From Amoebophrya sp. A120 (taxonomy: Eukaryota > Protista > Dinoflagellata), in contig CAJINV010000006.1 of NCBI GenBank assembly GCA_905178155.1, forward strand, positions 3,475,573-3,539,572: 64,000 bases of DNA, written 5' to 3'. The notes below the pieces were generated by a model. That model saw only the letters and a list, made by a program, of their open reading frames with translations, did no database searches and was not told the DNA's origin. The position numbers were made by a program, and so were the translations under genes. Of the stretch, positions 11,201 to 23,832 are shown one piece after another. Numbering within the stretch: position 1 is the first letter of the stretch; every line of letters starts with the position of its first letter.

Positions 11201-14200
11201 GTGGCAACCAGAAGCCCTCAAAAAATCTGTGATGCTACGGCATGCATCACAGACGTCATGGCTCATGCACAACATGCGTGACAGGTGTCAGAAACTTCCA
11301 GACCCAGACATATTTGCATTTGATAGTTAGCCCCGTTTAACGACTGGCCGTGCGCGTATATCGTAAGGAAAAATCCCCCCTCCCCATATCGAAAGAACAC
11401 GCCTCAGAGAATTTGCAATGCTGATTTGTGGCCACAAATCGCGTCTGTCTTGCAAGAAAGCAACGGCATCAGCTTCGCCCCATTATACAGGCGGTTTGTA
11501 ATGCTGTTCGGCCTACAGCATAGACGTTCCTCATGCTAAGTGCCTAGGCCAAAACCTTTCTACAGTGGCATGATATGGGCCTGCAGTCCTCTACTGCAAG
11601 ACAGACCTGATCTGTGTACGCAAATCCAGCATCAGAAATTTTGCTTTGATATGGGGAGGGGGAATCTTTCATTTTGATAGCGTACTTGCAGTTGTTGTTC
11701 GCCCCCCGCTGCATGGCCGCCGGGCACGGGAGGTCGAATAAACAGTCGATGTTGCGCCGAATGCACATGTCGATGTCGAGAACCAGAACTTTCTCGTATT
11801 CGGTTTGATTCAAAGCGTGGAGCTTGGTTATGCATTGCAACTATATCTGGGTCTGGATCGTGGAAACTTGTCATGCTAGATCTGAATCATGCAAAGATCT
11901 GTGTTGCATGATCACCAAAGGCGGTGGTCCACGTTCTTTGAGCAAATTGAGGGGGAGTTTCTCAGGCAGAATAGGCATGATAAAGATCTCATCACTACGG
12001 AATCTGTCAGGCCAGTTCCTGCATTTCAGTTCTCACATGGGTCACGGAATAAAACCTGCATGACAAGTGGTTCTGCAATTTTCGTCCAGACCCAGACATA
12101 TTTGCATTTGATATTGGTGAACACGTAGCAGAAGCGGTTTTGGTCCTTCCAGCCGTTGAACAATCCCTTGTCCGTCGCTTCTATGTGGTTGATCTCCTTG
12201 CACTTCCAAAATTTCTCCAGCGTTTTCAGCTCTGTGACGTCCTTGGTATGAAGACAGAGCAGATCATGTTTTGTATCCGTTTCCAGTAGTGACTTCCCTA
12301 ACACTATCCTCTGCAAAAGTATCGCATAGTAATCGCAGCACTGCATTAGCATATACAACTTTCATCCTCTACCCAAAGCAGCATTACAAGATCCATTTTT
12401 CAACTTGAGAAAATTTGTGATGCTACGTGCACCAGTACGATACTTTTGCCTTGCCTAAACACACACGCCCCCAACACGTACTCAATCGACTCCCCCCACA
12501 GGAAAATCACAAACGCGCACTTCTTGATGTGCGGGTCCTGGAAGTAGGAAGAACCTTGTTGATGCTCATGATCTACTTGTAGTTCCCCGTTGCATCTATT
12601 CGCTTCAACGATGGCCTGTATCCGCGGGTGGGTTTGGAACAGTTGTGTTTTGATTTTTTCTCGCTGCGCCTGTTCGTCGAGCAGTTCCTGCCTTTTGATT
12701 TTCGCGTCCGCAAGCTCCTCCTCTTTGTCCTTGTTGTTTTTCCACGTTTGCCACTCTTCCTCCGTCCACTGGGCCGAAAAAGAACTGTTTTTGAAAGCAG
12801 AAGAAGATGAGGAGTAGAAGCCGTCGTAATTCATTTTTTGGTCGTAGTAGTTGTACCGATTTTCTTGTTGTTCTTCGTTGCCGTCCTTACCACTAGTAGA
12901 TGACCGAGGAGCGCCTGTCGAAGTCGGAGCTGCCACAGGTGCCGTTTTGGATTTGAGTATAGCGTCTATGTTCACAAGTTTACCGTCTTCGAGCAGAGTT
13001 GGCGTCACTGCTTCAACTACATCTTCTGCCGCTCGTTCTTTTATTTCTCGTGGTTGATGCAACTGCTCTGCAGAGGTTCTTCCGTCACCGTTCGTTTCGT
13101 TTTTATCTTGTTGGCCTACTTCTGCTACTTCATCATCATCGTCTTCAGAAGTGATATTTTTAGAACCCTCTTCTTGCCCGTCCTCTTTCGCAGTCACAAG
13201 GGCGGAAATTTGTGTGCAGTCATCCTCGGAAGTAGTTGTAATGTTGCCTTCGGAAGACGAGGACAACGTACTTGATTTGCGTTCTTGTGCAGGATCTACT
13301 TCGTCTCCATTTCTACTCCAAACGCAGTCGTTCTCCGGCGGGTTCTTTTCGTTCACTTCCTGTCCACCCCAATTTTCACTGTAACCTCTTGACCAACTTG
13401 TCGTCCTCCCGGAGAAGTTGTTGACACCGTCTTGGTTTCCTCGCATTTGCTCGTCCTCCTCCATAACCATCCCTTCGTTCAGATTCGATTTTTCCACCAC
13501 CGGCGCGTGTCCTGCTAGTGGTGCTGCACCAGCAGGTTGTAGTCCTACCTGTAGGTCTACCGCCGGCAGCGTCGTGGTCTCCGGTGGTGATGTCTCACGA
13601 GGACCTCCTCCAAGAACAACAGCATCATCACGTCTGCTCTCGCCCGGATTGCCCGTCTGCGACTCATCTCCCTGCGAGGAACAAGACGGGTTCATTTCCG
13701 AAGAGGTTCTCGAACTACTAGAGTTGCAGCTTTCGATTGCATTATTTGCAGGGGACACTGTGGTTGTATCCAAATTGTAGTCCTGTGGTCCTTATCAACT
13801 GCAAAAGTATCGTATTCGTATAAATGCATTACAAATTCGCTCAGCATGAGAAATGAAATTTGTAATGCGGACTTGCCTTGGGAACAAGATTTGTAATGCA
13901 AGACTTGCATTTATACGAGCACGATACTTTTGCACAGGATAGTCCTCCCGCAACATGATCTTCTTCATAAGAATCTCCCGAGGACGGCGGAGCAGGCTCC
14001 ATGTTGCCACTCCAGTTCTCCCTCGTGCGGTCGGAGGTGTAGCGAAAATTCCAAGTTTCGTCCTCCTCCCCGATAATACTTCTGACTTTTAACACCTCCT
14101 CAAAGTCGATGATTTGGATTTCTGCTGCGGATGATGTCGGTGAAGATGTTTTGTGTTCATCAGATGTTGACCAACTACTTCCATAGTGGTGGTCGTTTTC

Positions 14201-17200
14201 CTCCATCACATCAAACGAGGACTTGTCTGTCGTGGTCAACAAAAGCTGTTGTTTCACCAGTTCCTGCAAGGGTTTCGCAGTCTCCGTTTCCTCGTAACAC
14301 ACCCGGGAGTGAAAGTACATTATCAAATGCAAATGTGTCTGGGTCTGGACGAAAGCCAGGTTTGTCATGCGCATTTCTTATGCTCCATGATGCCTGTAAT
14401 GCATGACCTGGCATCACAGATTTTTAGACGGCTTCCTGATGCCTATCCCGCATGAGAAATGGCCTCCTGGCGTAGAACAAACTAGACTCCTCCTTGTGGG
14501 CATGCAATACAGATTTTTTTCGAATTCAAAGACAGCATCACAAGTTGCAACCTTCCAGACCCAGACATGTTTGCAATGCATATACATCGGATCGTGTTCA
14601 TTCCAAAACCTTGCCGACTGCTCCGCTGCAAAAGCACTATGGCGCTCTCAACTGCTACACTCTCAACTGTTACATGATTTGTCACGCAAAACTACAATCA
14701 GAATCGGCGCGGTCAAGCTGCTTTGCATGACAAATTCTTGAAGGGCCAAACAGGCTGAGAAACTGTTCCAAATCTGTCATGCAAGACGCGCAAGGTCAGG
14801 TCACCCCGTCCACTTTTTCCATTTTTGCATCACAAACTCGTGTAACAGTTGAGAGTGTAACGTTTGAGAACGCCATAAGCACCGAGGAAGAGTTGCGAGT
14901 TCTTTTGGTCTTCCTGTTCTGCTGTAGCTTTATCGTGTGGCTGAAGATGTTGTTCATTTTCATCTTCACAGGAGTTGTTGCTGGGCTCTCTGTATGCATT
15001 GCAAAAGTATCGTACTCGTATAAATGCATTACAAATTATTTTCTTAGCATGAGAAATAAAATTTGTCATGCGAATTTGACTTAACAAGAAAATTTGTAAT
15101 GCATGTGTGCAATACGAATTATATGATACTTTTGCACAGGATACTCTGGAAAAATCCTCATCCCACTCTCCGTTCAAGTGCCACATCTTCAAATTCTGTA
15201 TGCATTGCAAATATGTCTGGCTCCTCTGGAAAGGTTGAACCTGTATTGCGTGTCCAGGATTCCAGAAAAATCTGTGTTGCATAGAAGCATCAAAAGCGCC
15301 ACAATTTGAATAATTTCGTCATGGAAAAGTGCAGTTTGTAATGCGCGCTAAACATGAGAGAGCGCTTGGAAAATTTGTCGTGCTACACTGCACTTAAAGG
15401 CGCTCTCACTCATGACCGTTCAGCATTACAGGTTTATTCCAGAGGACCCGGGGATATTTGCAATGCATATTCTGTGGCCGGTAACAACACGGACAGTGAT
15501 ACCAAATGTAAAAATGTCTGGGTCTGGAAGAATGCGCGATTTGTCATGCTGCTTTTCCATGACCCATGAGGTCTGGAATGCAGGGATTCTGCGAGACCTT
15601 TCTGATGCCTATCCTGCATGAGAAACTACCTCCAGACTTGGTCAAAACTGGACGGCTTTTGGCAATCATGCAACACAGATTTTTGCATGCTTCAGATTTA
15701 GCATGGCAAGTTGCAATCTTCCAGACCCAGACATTTTTACATTTGATAAGTGAAACGAGTACATAATGTCCGGTTGGGTCACCTTTTGACCACGCGGCTG
15801 CTGCTGATTTCTTGTTTCCCCGGAAGTAGAAGACGAAGCACCAGCATGAAGATTTTTACTATACCCTGTCCTCGGCCACAACACTGCTTTTTTCGGAAGC
15901 GCGTATCCTGTGCAAAAGTATCGCACTCGTAGTAATCGCATTCATGCATTACAAATCTCGATCCCAAGGCAAAACAGCATGGCAAACTCCATTTCTCATG
16001 CTGAGTGAATTTGTCATGCGATTTCTACTAGTACGATACTCCTGCATTGCATAGCGCGTAATCCGCAACCAAGTCACTCTGCACCTCGCATTCATAAGGC
16101 AGCGTTGCGTAAACGGCCAAGGAGCCGAGCTCTCGGGTTTTCTGCAGCAGCTGTTTCGCGATCCTCTGGAGTAATTTAATCTGGAGCTTGTTGTCCTGCT
16201 GGTCTTGAAGCTGGGACGATGTTGAGGGAGTAGCGGTGGCTGTGTTGGTATAGTACGTGTTGTTGTAGCCGTAAGTAGAAGTTGAACCACTGCTAGTACC
16301 CAAGCCGTAGTAGGACGACGAGTTGGTAGCTGCAGAAGATCCGTAAGAACCGTAGTAATACGAAGATGAGTTACTGTGATTTTTGTAGTAGTCGTACGAG
16401 GAGCTTCTTGCATAATGTTCCTCCTGCTCCCGCTGTTTCTCCGCGGCAGCATCTGCGAGCAGCATGGCGGAGTTTTCCAAAGTGAAGAGAATGGATTCCG
16501 CGACTTTTTCGACTATCCTGTGCAAAAATATCGCACTCGTATAAATTTAAATGCAAGTCTTGCATTACAAATCTTGTTCCCAAGGCAAATCTGCATTGCA
16601 AATCCTATTTCTCATGCTGGGGAAATTTGTATATGCATTTATTTTTATACGAGTACGATTACGATACTTTTGCAATGCATATCGACAACGAAGTCCTCAT
16701 TCAGCTGCTCTTGGTCAGCATACGGGCGATTCTCGAAGATGGTTTGCCTCAAATTATGCATTGCAAATACGACTGGGTCTGGAAGGTTGCAACTTGTCAT
16801 GCTGAGCCTGCACACTGTAAAAACCTGTGTTGCGTGTCTAGCAAAAGTTGTCCACTTTTGGCCGAGTTGAGAGGGAGTTTCTCATGCAGGACAGGCAGGA
16901 TCGAGATGTTGCCACAGAATCTGTCATGCTAGTTCCTGCATTCCGGACCTTATGGGTCATGCAAAATCTGCAGGACAAGTCGCGCAATTCTCTTCCAGAC
17001 CCAGACATATTTGCATTCGATACAAATGCTGCTGGATCAAATTCGAGACGGTGGCTTTGATGTGCTCCGGATTATTTGATGTGGATGTGGTTCCTCCTCG
17101 GGAGAAGGTTAAGGAGGATGACGGAGATAGCATTGTTTTTTCGTTCGATGATGTTGATTGGCCAGCAGCATTGCAAATCCCTTCTCCTGCTCCTCCCGCA

Positions 17201-17544
17201 AGACCCGTGTTTGAAGTAGAGCACCTGTCTCTTTCAGCAGTGAAGCCCGTCCCCAGCCGTTGCTTGAAAAGGTCGATTTTCATGCTCCGTCTTCCAAGTT
17301 TCCTCGGTGTCGCTTTGTCGTGCTGTTGTGGTCCACCTCTCTTGTCACACATTTTCAAAGCGGGGCACTGTAGCAACCACACCCACAGTTCACGCAGGAA
17401 CAGGATTACTGTGGGGTTGATGTGCCGCTCGAGCTTGGTTTTCGCACAGCCCCACGCGGCGGAAAGGACTCGCACTGCGGTCTGCTGCCAAACAGACCGC
17501 GGTGCAGTTTGTTCTACTTTGATGTTGTGCTGATGTTGCCGCAT
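8206..17544 (-). CDS. Glycosyltransferase family 8 (glycogenin-like) with long low-complexity N-terminal extension
   Basis: Continuous frame across 20 introners + 1 GT-AG intron; motifs YVLGACVLGKSL, FTKLHALNQTEYEKVLVLDID (DxD), GINAGVML, PEQDFL, VHYSGTLKPW; TGA at 8206-8208. Confidence 0.85.
8274..8432. mobile_element. Introner family B
   Basis: DR CTTTA. Confidence 0.9.
8495..8791. mobile_element. Introner family E
   Basis: DR TTGCA/TTCCA. Confidence 0.9.
8853..9011. mobile_element. Introner family B
   Basis: DR CATGC. Confidence 0.9.
9236..9488. mobile_element. Introner family C
   Basis: DR TTACA/TTCCA. Confidence 0.85.
9599..9952. mobile_element. Singleton aged introner (TIR TATGAAAGTGGA)
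   Basis: DR CAGTG/CAATG; joins DSSI|ESFVEK. Confidence 0.8.
10045..10235 (-). other. Canonical GT-AG intron
   Basis: GTAAGA...TCTCAG; gives YLDPIGRLRIAVVHYSG. Confidence 0.75.
10302..10563. mobile_element. Introner family C
   Basis: DR GGTGC. Confidence 0.9.
10737..10948. mobile_element. Introner family L
   Basis: DR GCATG. Confidence 0.9.
11054..11325. mobile_element. Introner family C
   Basis: DR GTTGG/GTTAG. Confidence 0.9.
11359..11679. mobile_element. Introner family F (TIR TATCG..GAAAAATCCCCCTCCCCATATC)
   Basis: DR GCGTA. Confidence 0.9.
11829..12113. mobile_element. Introner family C
   Basis: DR TTGGT. Confidence 0.9.
12305..12457. mobile_element. Introner family B
   Basis: DR AACAC. 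Confidence 0.9.
13793..13941. mobile_element. Introner family B
   Basis: DR GTCCT. Confidence 0.9.
14321..14582. mobile_element. Introner family C
   Basis: DR TACAT. Confidence 0.9.
14638..14877. mobile_element. Introner family G (TIR TATGGCGYTCTCAA)
   Basis: DR AGCAC. Confidence 0.9.
14993..15143. mobile_element. Introner family B
   Basis: DR CTCTG. Confidence 0.9.
15199..15469. mobile_element. Introner family C variant
   Basis: DR TTCTG. Confidence 0.9.
15500..15748. mobile_element. Introner family C
   Basis: DR AGTGA. Confidence 0.9.
15904..16053. mobile_element. Introner family B
   Basis: DR GCGCG. Confidence 0.9.
16514..16681. mobile_element. Introner family B
   Basis: DR TCGAC. 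Confidence 0.9.
16755..17022. mobile_element. Introner family C
   Basis: DR CAAAT. Confidence 0.9.
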
Positions 17545-18674
17545 CTTGTTTCGTCGATTCTTGACGTGGTCGTGTATTCGATGTTGAGAAAAAAAACTTA
17601 AGCAGTCTGTTGGGATGGTACAATACGGTAGATGAAAATGTAAACTTAGAACCTTTGTTCTGCAATCTGATTCTTCAAGCTGGTAGGAAACACGCCGGGT
17701 CTACTGAAATTTAAGTAGAATTTCATCCGCACCAGGAGGGAATGAAACGTCGGACCATGCTACTAGGACTTCAAGTTCATCTTCATGTCGATATATTCCT
17801 ACTTATACTTTGTCGCTGCTTCATCTAGTAATAGTGGTGCCACTACATGCAATACGCGTCGTTCATCGAACGTCTCCCCGTCCTGCTCTGTCACGAAAGT
17901 AGATTCAAGTGCATTTCTTGCGTTGAAGAAAAAACACAGAAGCTGTGGTAGATCTTCGCAAGACTTCAGCTTTTTGACGCGAGGCAGACCAATGTCGCTT
18001 TCGCTTCAACATAAATAGCTGCGACAGGTACTTACGCCACAAAATCGCGCTGGAACATCGATAATCAGGGCCAGAAATTCTAGACTTCGTTGCTGTCAGT
18101 GTCATCGTGCAGTAGAAAACTTCGCTGTCAGCAGCACGAGAAGCCGCTTCTTGATTTTTCTGCTGTGTCTTCATTTTTCCTACGTGTTACTAAGCGGAAG
18201 TTTCTAGGAATGAGGAAAATTCGAAAAATTTCAATCCCCAGATGAAAGTAGGCAGGTGGAGATATCAGGTCGCGGCCCCGTGCCGGCCCATTTGCGAATA
18301 CCGCTGCGCAAGAAGAGCTCGAAGAGCCCCGCGGACAACTGCGGTAGCCGAGCCTGGAGAGTCATCCGCGGCTCGCATATAATGGCCTGTATCGCGGCTG
18401 CATCAAAAAGACAACGCATGGCTCTCCGAACGGTGGCGCCTCCACACACGCGCATCATTCTCAAAGCTATTAAGCCAAAACCTCAGGCGCCATGGACCTT
18501 CCTACCCATGGACGCCATGCGCTACAAATAAACACTCTATAGCGGGGCAGGTGTACCCCCTTACCGAACCGCGCCAAACATCCCACGCCGTCGACAGCTT
18601 CCCACCGTGAATCAACCTGCCGCGTCTTTGCTCCTAACGCCTTCAACTTGCGGGCATTTCGCGCCGGACTCGAA

Positions 18675-19012
18675 ATTTTCCTCGGAAATTGAATCGCGGT
18701 GCTATGGTGGTGGTTTTGGCCTCGCTTCGGGCGTGTTTTGCTGCCGCGCTCGCTACCCAAAAAAGGGAGCCCGGGAAAGCCAGCAAAACAGACCAGGCCC
18801 CAGACTCGCCTCGAAACAAGGCAAAAAACGGCGCCATACCGTCGCGATTCAATTTCCGAGGAAAACTCAGAGCCCCCTCTTCGCCATTTTCCTCGGAAAT
18901 TGAATCACGACGGCACGGGGGCGATTTTGGCCCCCTTCAGAGGGGGCCCTCCGGAGGCCCAATCCGGCCCCCCCGCGACCCCCCCTTCGGCATTTTCCTC
19001 GGAAATTGAATC
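18675..19012. repeat. Four copies of TTTTCCTCGGAAATTGAATC (one inverted)
   Basis: Copies at ~18675, 18846 (inverted), 18886, 18992. Confidence 0.85.
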
Positions 19013-20552
19013 ACGAGCGGAAAGCGCAGAGCGCTATTTGAAGCATGGAAGAAATAGCAAAAAAATCAACGCGGGGCTGAGCCCTCGGGCGCGACCTTTG
19101 TTGGGGCACCCCGCCAAAACCCGGCCGCCGCACTTGAGGGCGCCGGGGTAGTCCTCCGCCTTTCTTTTCAAATGTTTCCGCACCTCCTCAAGACGGCTAG
19201 GCCACGCGTCCGACCCCACTGGCCCCTTTCAGGGCTGCCGCGTTAGGTTGGGATCCCCACTAGGGGATTGCCGGGGGGCTGGTGTTCGGTAGAATAGGCC
19301 CAGAGACCTCAAAGACCTGCCACCTTAGCGCGCTGCTCTGACTGCGATGCACATGTAGAGATCGCTGCCGTTATTCAGATGAAGCGCGGCTTTGTGGGTG
19401 TGTGTTGAGCCTCCGGCGATGGCTGGTTGGCTATCGAGGTGAGTGGCACCCGAAAAGCCGCCAGCCTGCTTTGGTGATTTCACTGCGCGGCAATGCGTCT
19501 GAACTCTGACGCAGTCGCTTCCCCTTTCCATTTTCGAATACAACAAACAAATGCTGGCGCGCCACGCCAGCCAAACACAGCTACGAAAAGCTGCTACAGT
19601 CGGAAGAGAATTCGAAGGGGGGGCAATTTATTCAAAATTTCCTCATTCCTAGAAAGTTCCACTTAGTACGTGTGGTGCCACATTTACAGCGTATTGCATT
19701 CAACATTCTGAACATTTCAATTCGTCCAATGCCCCTGCTAAACTTCTCCATGGTCGTTTGTTCTTTGACAAAGATTACACTGGAGACGACTGTTTCTGTT
19801 CTTGGCATCTTGTATAATTTGTACATTCTTTCATCTGCCGTGGCGGCGATGAAACCACGCAGCTTGTTCAAAGTTTAAACAAAATCTACCGCACGACTAC
19901 AGTGCACTTCTTCTTTTGTGGCTTAACGACATGACAGCGGAGCGAAAGGAAGTCCCACCCCGTCTCCGTCAACATATTGAAAACAAAACAGCTTCTATTC
20001 CTTTCTAAACTCTTGCTCTCGTTTGAGAGATCATGATCATCTAAAGCCATAGTTGGAAAAAAAATCGGCAACTTTTCGTTTCTCGATGAAGACCGTGATA
20101 GTGATAGAAGTAGAAGTCTTCAACCTATTGCATTAGCCTATTCCCGAAGTTTATTTTCCTCATTCTCGTATCTGTTGCTTAATAATGTGTCTGCTGTACT
20201 CTAAGATGAATTTCACTTAAATATTTTTTGAAACCACTCGATCGCATTACCTCCAGCAGGACTTCTTGGTGAAAGAGACGTAAAATTGAACAAGGGCGCG
20301 GCAGTAGCAAGCTCGCTGTCATAATGGTGAACGTAACTTTATTTCTGCAATTCCTAATTGGAAAAATTCCTCCTGTCCGCCAACAAGTACTTCCAGTGGG
20401 CCTATTGGATCGTTCGCTAATTACTGAAAAACAAAATCTGGACAGCTGCACTCATGATGGTAAAACCTGTATCCCCCTCTTGCCTCCTGCAGCCTCCATT
20501 GACGTGCCAAAATTGTTTTTATCTAGAAGTCCTCCTTGCTCAAAAATCCATC

Positions 20553-23500
20553 TTACTCAAACTTCCCCTGCACGAACAAATCCTCCGGTGAACCCATCAC
20601 TGGATATGGAATGCAAAAGCATTGCATCGCACTAGTACAAATTGCATTACAAATTAGCCCAGCATTACAAATTAAATTTGTATATGCTGATTCACCTTGA
20701 AAGAGAGATTTGTAATGCATAAACGCAACTAGTAGTACGAGTACGATACTTTTGCACAGGATACTGGACTGCCGGTCTCCACGTCCTCCGGACCGGGGTG
20801 GTGTATCCCCAAAAAAAGACGCATGATCCACATCTTCAAATTTGTCATGCAAAAAACGCATCAGATCCAGTGTCTGTCATGCAAGAAAAGGATCATGGGT
20901 CCTCTTTTTTTGTGGATCATATGCTGCTGCATCATTCCTCCGCCGAGCCCGAATCCTGATCCCATCTTCCCCGGGCTACCATTGTATGCAAGGCAAAAGT
21001 TGGATAGCGCTGCTCGCACTTCTCGGTGGGGATGATTACTTACATGTTTCAAACTCGTCCTGCAGCCGTGCATTACAAACCTCTTTCCACTTTACATGTG
21101 CGTCACATCTTCGAACATGACGAGTTGCTCTCTACACTCATGGCCAGTTTCATCCCCACCTTTCGCATAGTCGTGTGCAATAGCAGCAGCTTCTACCAAT
21201 GCATACCCCGCCACTCCTAGATCCCATTTCCATCCCGCCCCTCATGCCGGATTTCGTGGTCACCGAGTAGTTGCTTGACCCGAACACCTTCCTCAGCAGC
21301 ATGATAACCCCGACGATCCCAATCACGTACAGGACCAAGTAGACCTTAAACGCGTGGGGAGAGGTGGTAATCGGCATGATATCCAAGTCCTCGTCTAACA
21401 ACAAGGTCTGCTGATAGGAGTCGATTTTCTCCTGCTTTTCAAACAGGTTCTTGTAGGATTTGTAGATCTTGTTGCCCACGGTCGTTTATGCACTGCAAAT
21501 AAAGTATCGTACTATGTAGTAATTGCAGCCTCGCATGACAAATCTACTTTACTTAGTAGCTGCTCAGCATGACAAATTCCTTTTTTTTCTGAGAAAATTT
21601 GTAATGCAATTCCAATTCCTACTAGTACGATACTACTTTTGCAATGCATATCGTTCCGTCGTTGTTGTCGGTGTCGATATTGGATGCACCAAACATGTTG
21701 ACCGCATCGTGAAAGTGGTTGCCGTGGAAATTACTCCCCTTGGAAACGTAGTCGCCGTGGGAGGTTCCAGACGCGAGGTAAACACCAGAACGGTACTTAG
21801 TGTAGGACCCGTTGTCGACTGGTTATGCAAGACAAATTCATCATCATCTTCCAGCACACGATTGTAATGCACAATATAGACGCAACATAGATAAAGATGA
21901 AAGGCATGTTGACATTCTCTTCATGTGAGAGTTCCTCACGCAGCATCACAAACCAGTCGTGTATGAAGAGGACGGCTGAGTTCTTTCTGTTTTCCATAGC
22001 TGCTTCTTCACTTGTTCGTCATAGTCCGTGTTTTCGATCTTGTGGAAACCGTGGCTGCGGTCGGTATTCGTGTACACCGGTTTGTTTTCGTTGCGGCTTT
22101 TCGGGACCTATGCACTACAAATTTATTCCGGTACATGTACAAAATGCGTCACAAATTTCGCCAATTTGAAATGTAAAACTACTTGTCATGCTACACCAGG
22201 ACCGAGGGTAAGTTTTGTCATGCAGAGACCGCAATTGCTGGACTTGTACGTGTACCAGAAATTTCCTGTGGATAGGACCTTCATATCACCGGCGTCCCTC
22301 TTCCGGTTTCGGTTGGAGGGAGAGTTTATGCATTGCAAAAGTATCGCACTGTATAATTGCATTACAAATTTCCTCAGCATGAGAAATAGAATTTGTAATG
22401 CGGATTTACCTTAACAAAAGGACTTGTAATGCATGACTGCAGTACGAGTACGATACTTTTGCACAGGTTAGAGTTCGGCGAGTCCGAGTTTTCCTCATTG
22501 CTGGTTGGCGAGTCGGAATTTTGCTTCTTCTTGTAGTAAGCGAATTTCACGTTGTCTCTGTCGCCTTGTTTTGGCAAACTGTTTGAATTCATGTTCTGCA
22601 GCATCATGTAGTCCTTCGAAAACTTCTGGAAAGCCGCCTGCGAAGCCTGGATAAAAATTTATCATTCCAACAATTTGTCATGCGGAAGAACATTGCCATT
22701 AGCGGCCTATCGTGCTTGTAGTTGTGCTCCTTCTCACGCTGCATGCATAGAAAGATGTTTTTCATTTTCACGACGGAGCAAAAAAAATCCTATTTACCGC
22801 GTTCGCCATCTCTTCTGGCGTCATCTGGTTGTTAGTCACTGGTATGGGGGTGTCAGGATCGAAATTGACAAAGTCGAAATCGAAAAATTTGTAATGCATA
22901 AAATGTAGGGCACGCGTGGCCTGTGTTGGGGAGCAGGCAAATGAGTCCGATTGCAAGCCTGTTTAGGGGTGTGCAATGTGCTGCCAGAGTAGCATGACAG
23001 GAGCAGTCTTCTTTGCCCAAACAGCATGACAGACTGCATTTGGGTGCTCCCGAAATTTGTCATGCGCCGCTTGCAAACTGAGGCACCAACTGGTATCGAT
23101 TTTATGCATCACAAGTTTTTCGATTTTGTCAATTTCGATTCTGACACTTCCATAACTGGTTCCGGATTGGTATGCAATGCTAAAAAGTAGTCATGGTGCT
23201 GCTGCCATCTTCATCATACTGAGCTGCGATAATTTGTTGACATTGTCATGCAGCAAACATGGACTGAAGAAGCTGAATCTTGCAAATGCAGCTGGTGCTG
23301 CCCATGTTCTTGCTACTCCACATCACAAATCGAATAAATCGCAAGAGTGTTGTACTACACACTAGTAGAAGATGGCAACATTACGCGACCAAGAAGTACA
23401 TCCTGTTGTTTCATATCTCTGCCCCGAGCTTGGCGACGCCGGGCTATCTATGGATTGTAAAAGTATCGTACCTACTAGTAGTAATCGCAGCCATGCGTTA

Positions 23501-23832
23501 CAAATTGAAGCTCTTCTCGTTAGGTAAACCCGCACTACAAATTGCATTTCTCATGCTGAGAAAATTTGTCATGCGATTTATACTAGTACGATGGTAGTTT
23601 TGCACAGGATACTGTCGCCCTTGTCACTGTCCCGTGCAGGGGGTGACATTTCGGGAGAGGCTTCTGGAGACGCTTCCGGGGATGCAGCAGGTGAGTTCGG
23701 GCTCCCAGCTTCGTCGGACGCAGCAGCTAGAGCTTCGTCTTTGCTGCTGCCTTCCGTTTTCTGCTTGTCACCTTGTTCTTTGCTTTGGTCTTCGGCGGAA
23801 GTTGGCTTTTCCGAGTCGCCAAGTTGAGTCAT
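20553..23832 (-). CDS. Hypothetical single-pass membrane protein
   Basis: MTQLGDSEK...VYLVLYVIGIVGVIMLL (TM)...QGKFE*; frame continuous across 10 introners + 1 GT-AG intron. Confidence 0.65.
20605..20763. mobile_element. Introner family B
   Basis: DR CTGGA. Confidence 0.9.
20804..20918. mobile_element. Introner family K (short hairpin type), diverged
   Basis: TIR TATCCCCAAAAAAAGACGCATGATCC; DR degenerate; frame restored. Confidence 0.7.
20985..21205. mobile_element. Aged introner
   Basis: TATGCAAGG...CAATGCATA; DR CATTG/CCCCG; frame restored. Confidence 0.7.
21487..21650. mobile_element. Introner family B
   Basis: DR TCGTT. Confidence 0.9.
21824..21998. mobile_element. Aged introner
   Basis: TATGCAAGAC...GTTTCCATA; DR degenerate; frame restored. 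Confidence 0.6.
22109..22274. mobile_element. Introner family A
   Basis: DR GGACC. Confidence 0.9.
22327..22470. mobile_element. Introner family B
   Basis: DR GAGTT. Confidence 0.9.
22647..22797 (-). other. Canonical GT-AG intron containing a core motif
   Basis: GTAAAT...TATCCAG; in-frame join MANA|ASQA. Confidence 0.75.
22843..23154. mobile_element. Introner family D
   Basis: DR ACTGG. Confidence 0.9.
23171..23415. mobile_element. Aged introner
   Basis: TATGCAATG...GTTTCATA; no DR left, but 5-nt register restores frame. Confidence 0.55.
23449..23611. mobile_element. Introner family B
   Basis: DR CTATC/CTGTC. Confidence 0.9.

Noticed and set aside
8274-17022. Repeat-spacer alternation resembling a CRISPR array or integron cassette array
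   Set aside because: Repeats are 100-350 bp, heterogeneous TIR elements, and the 'spacers' join into one continuous eukaryotic ORF; no cas or integrase gene seen
18256-18531. Faint resemblance to a pogo/DDE_1 transposase segment (DNC..., near-PMD motif)
   Set aside because: Needs frameshifts and matches too few residues; cannot be supported without a profile search
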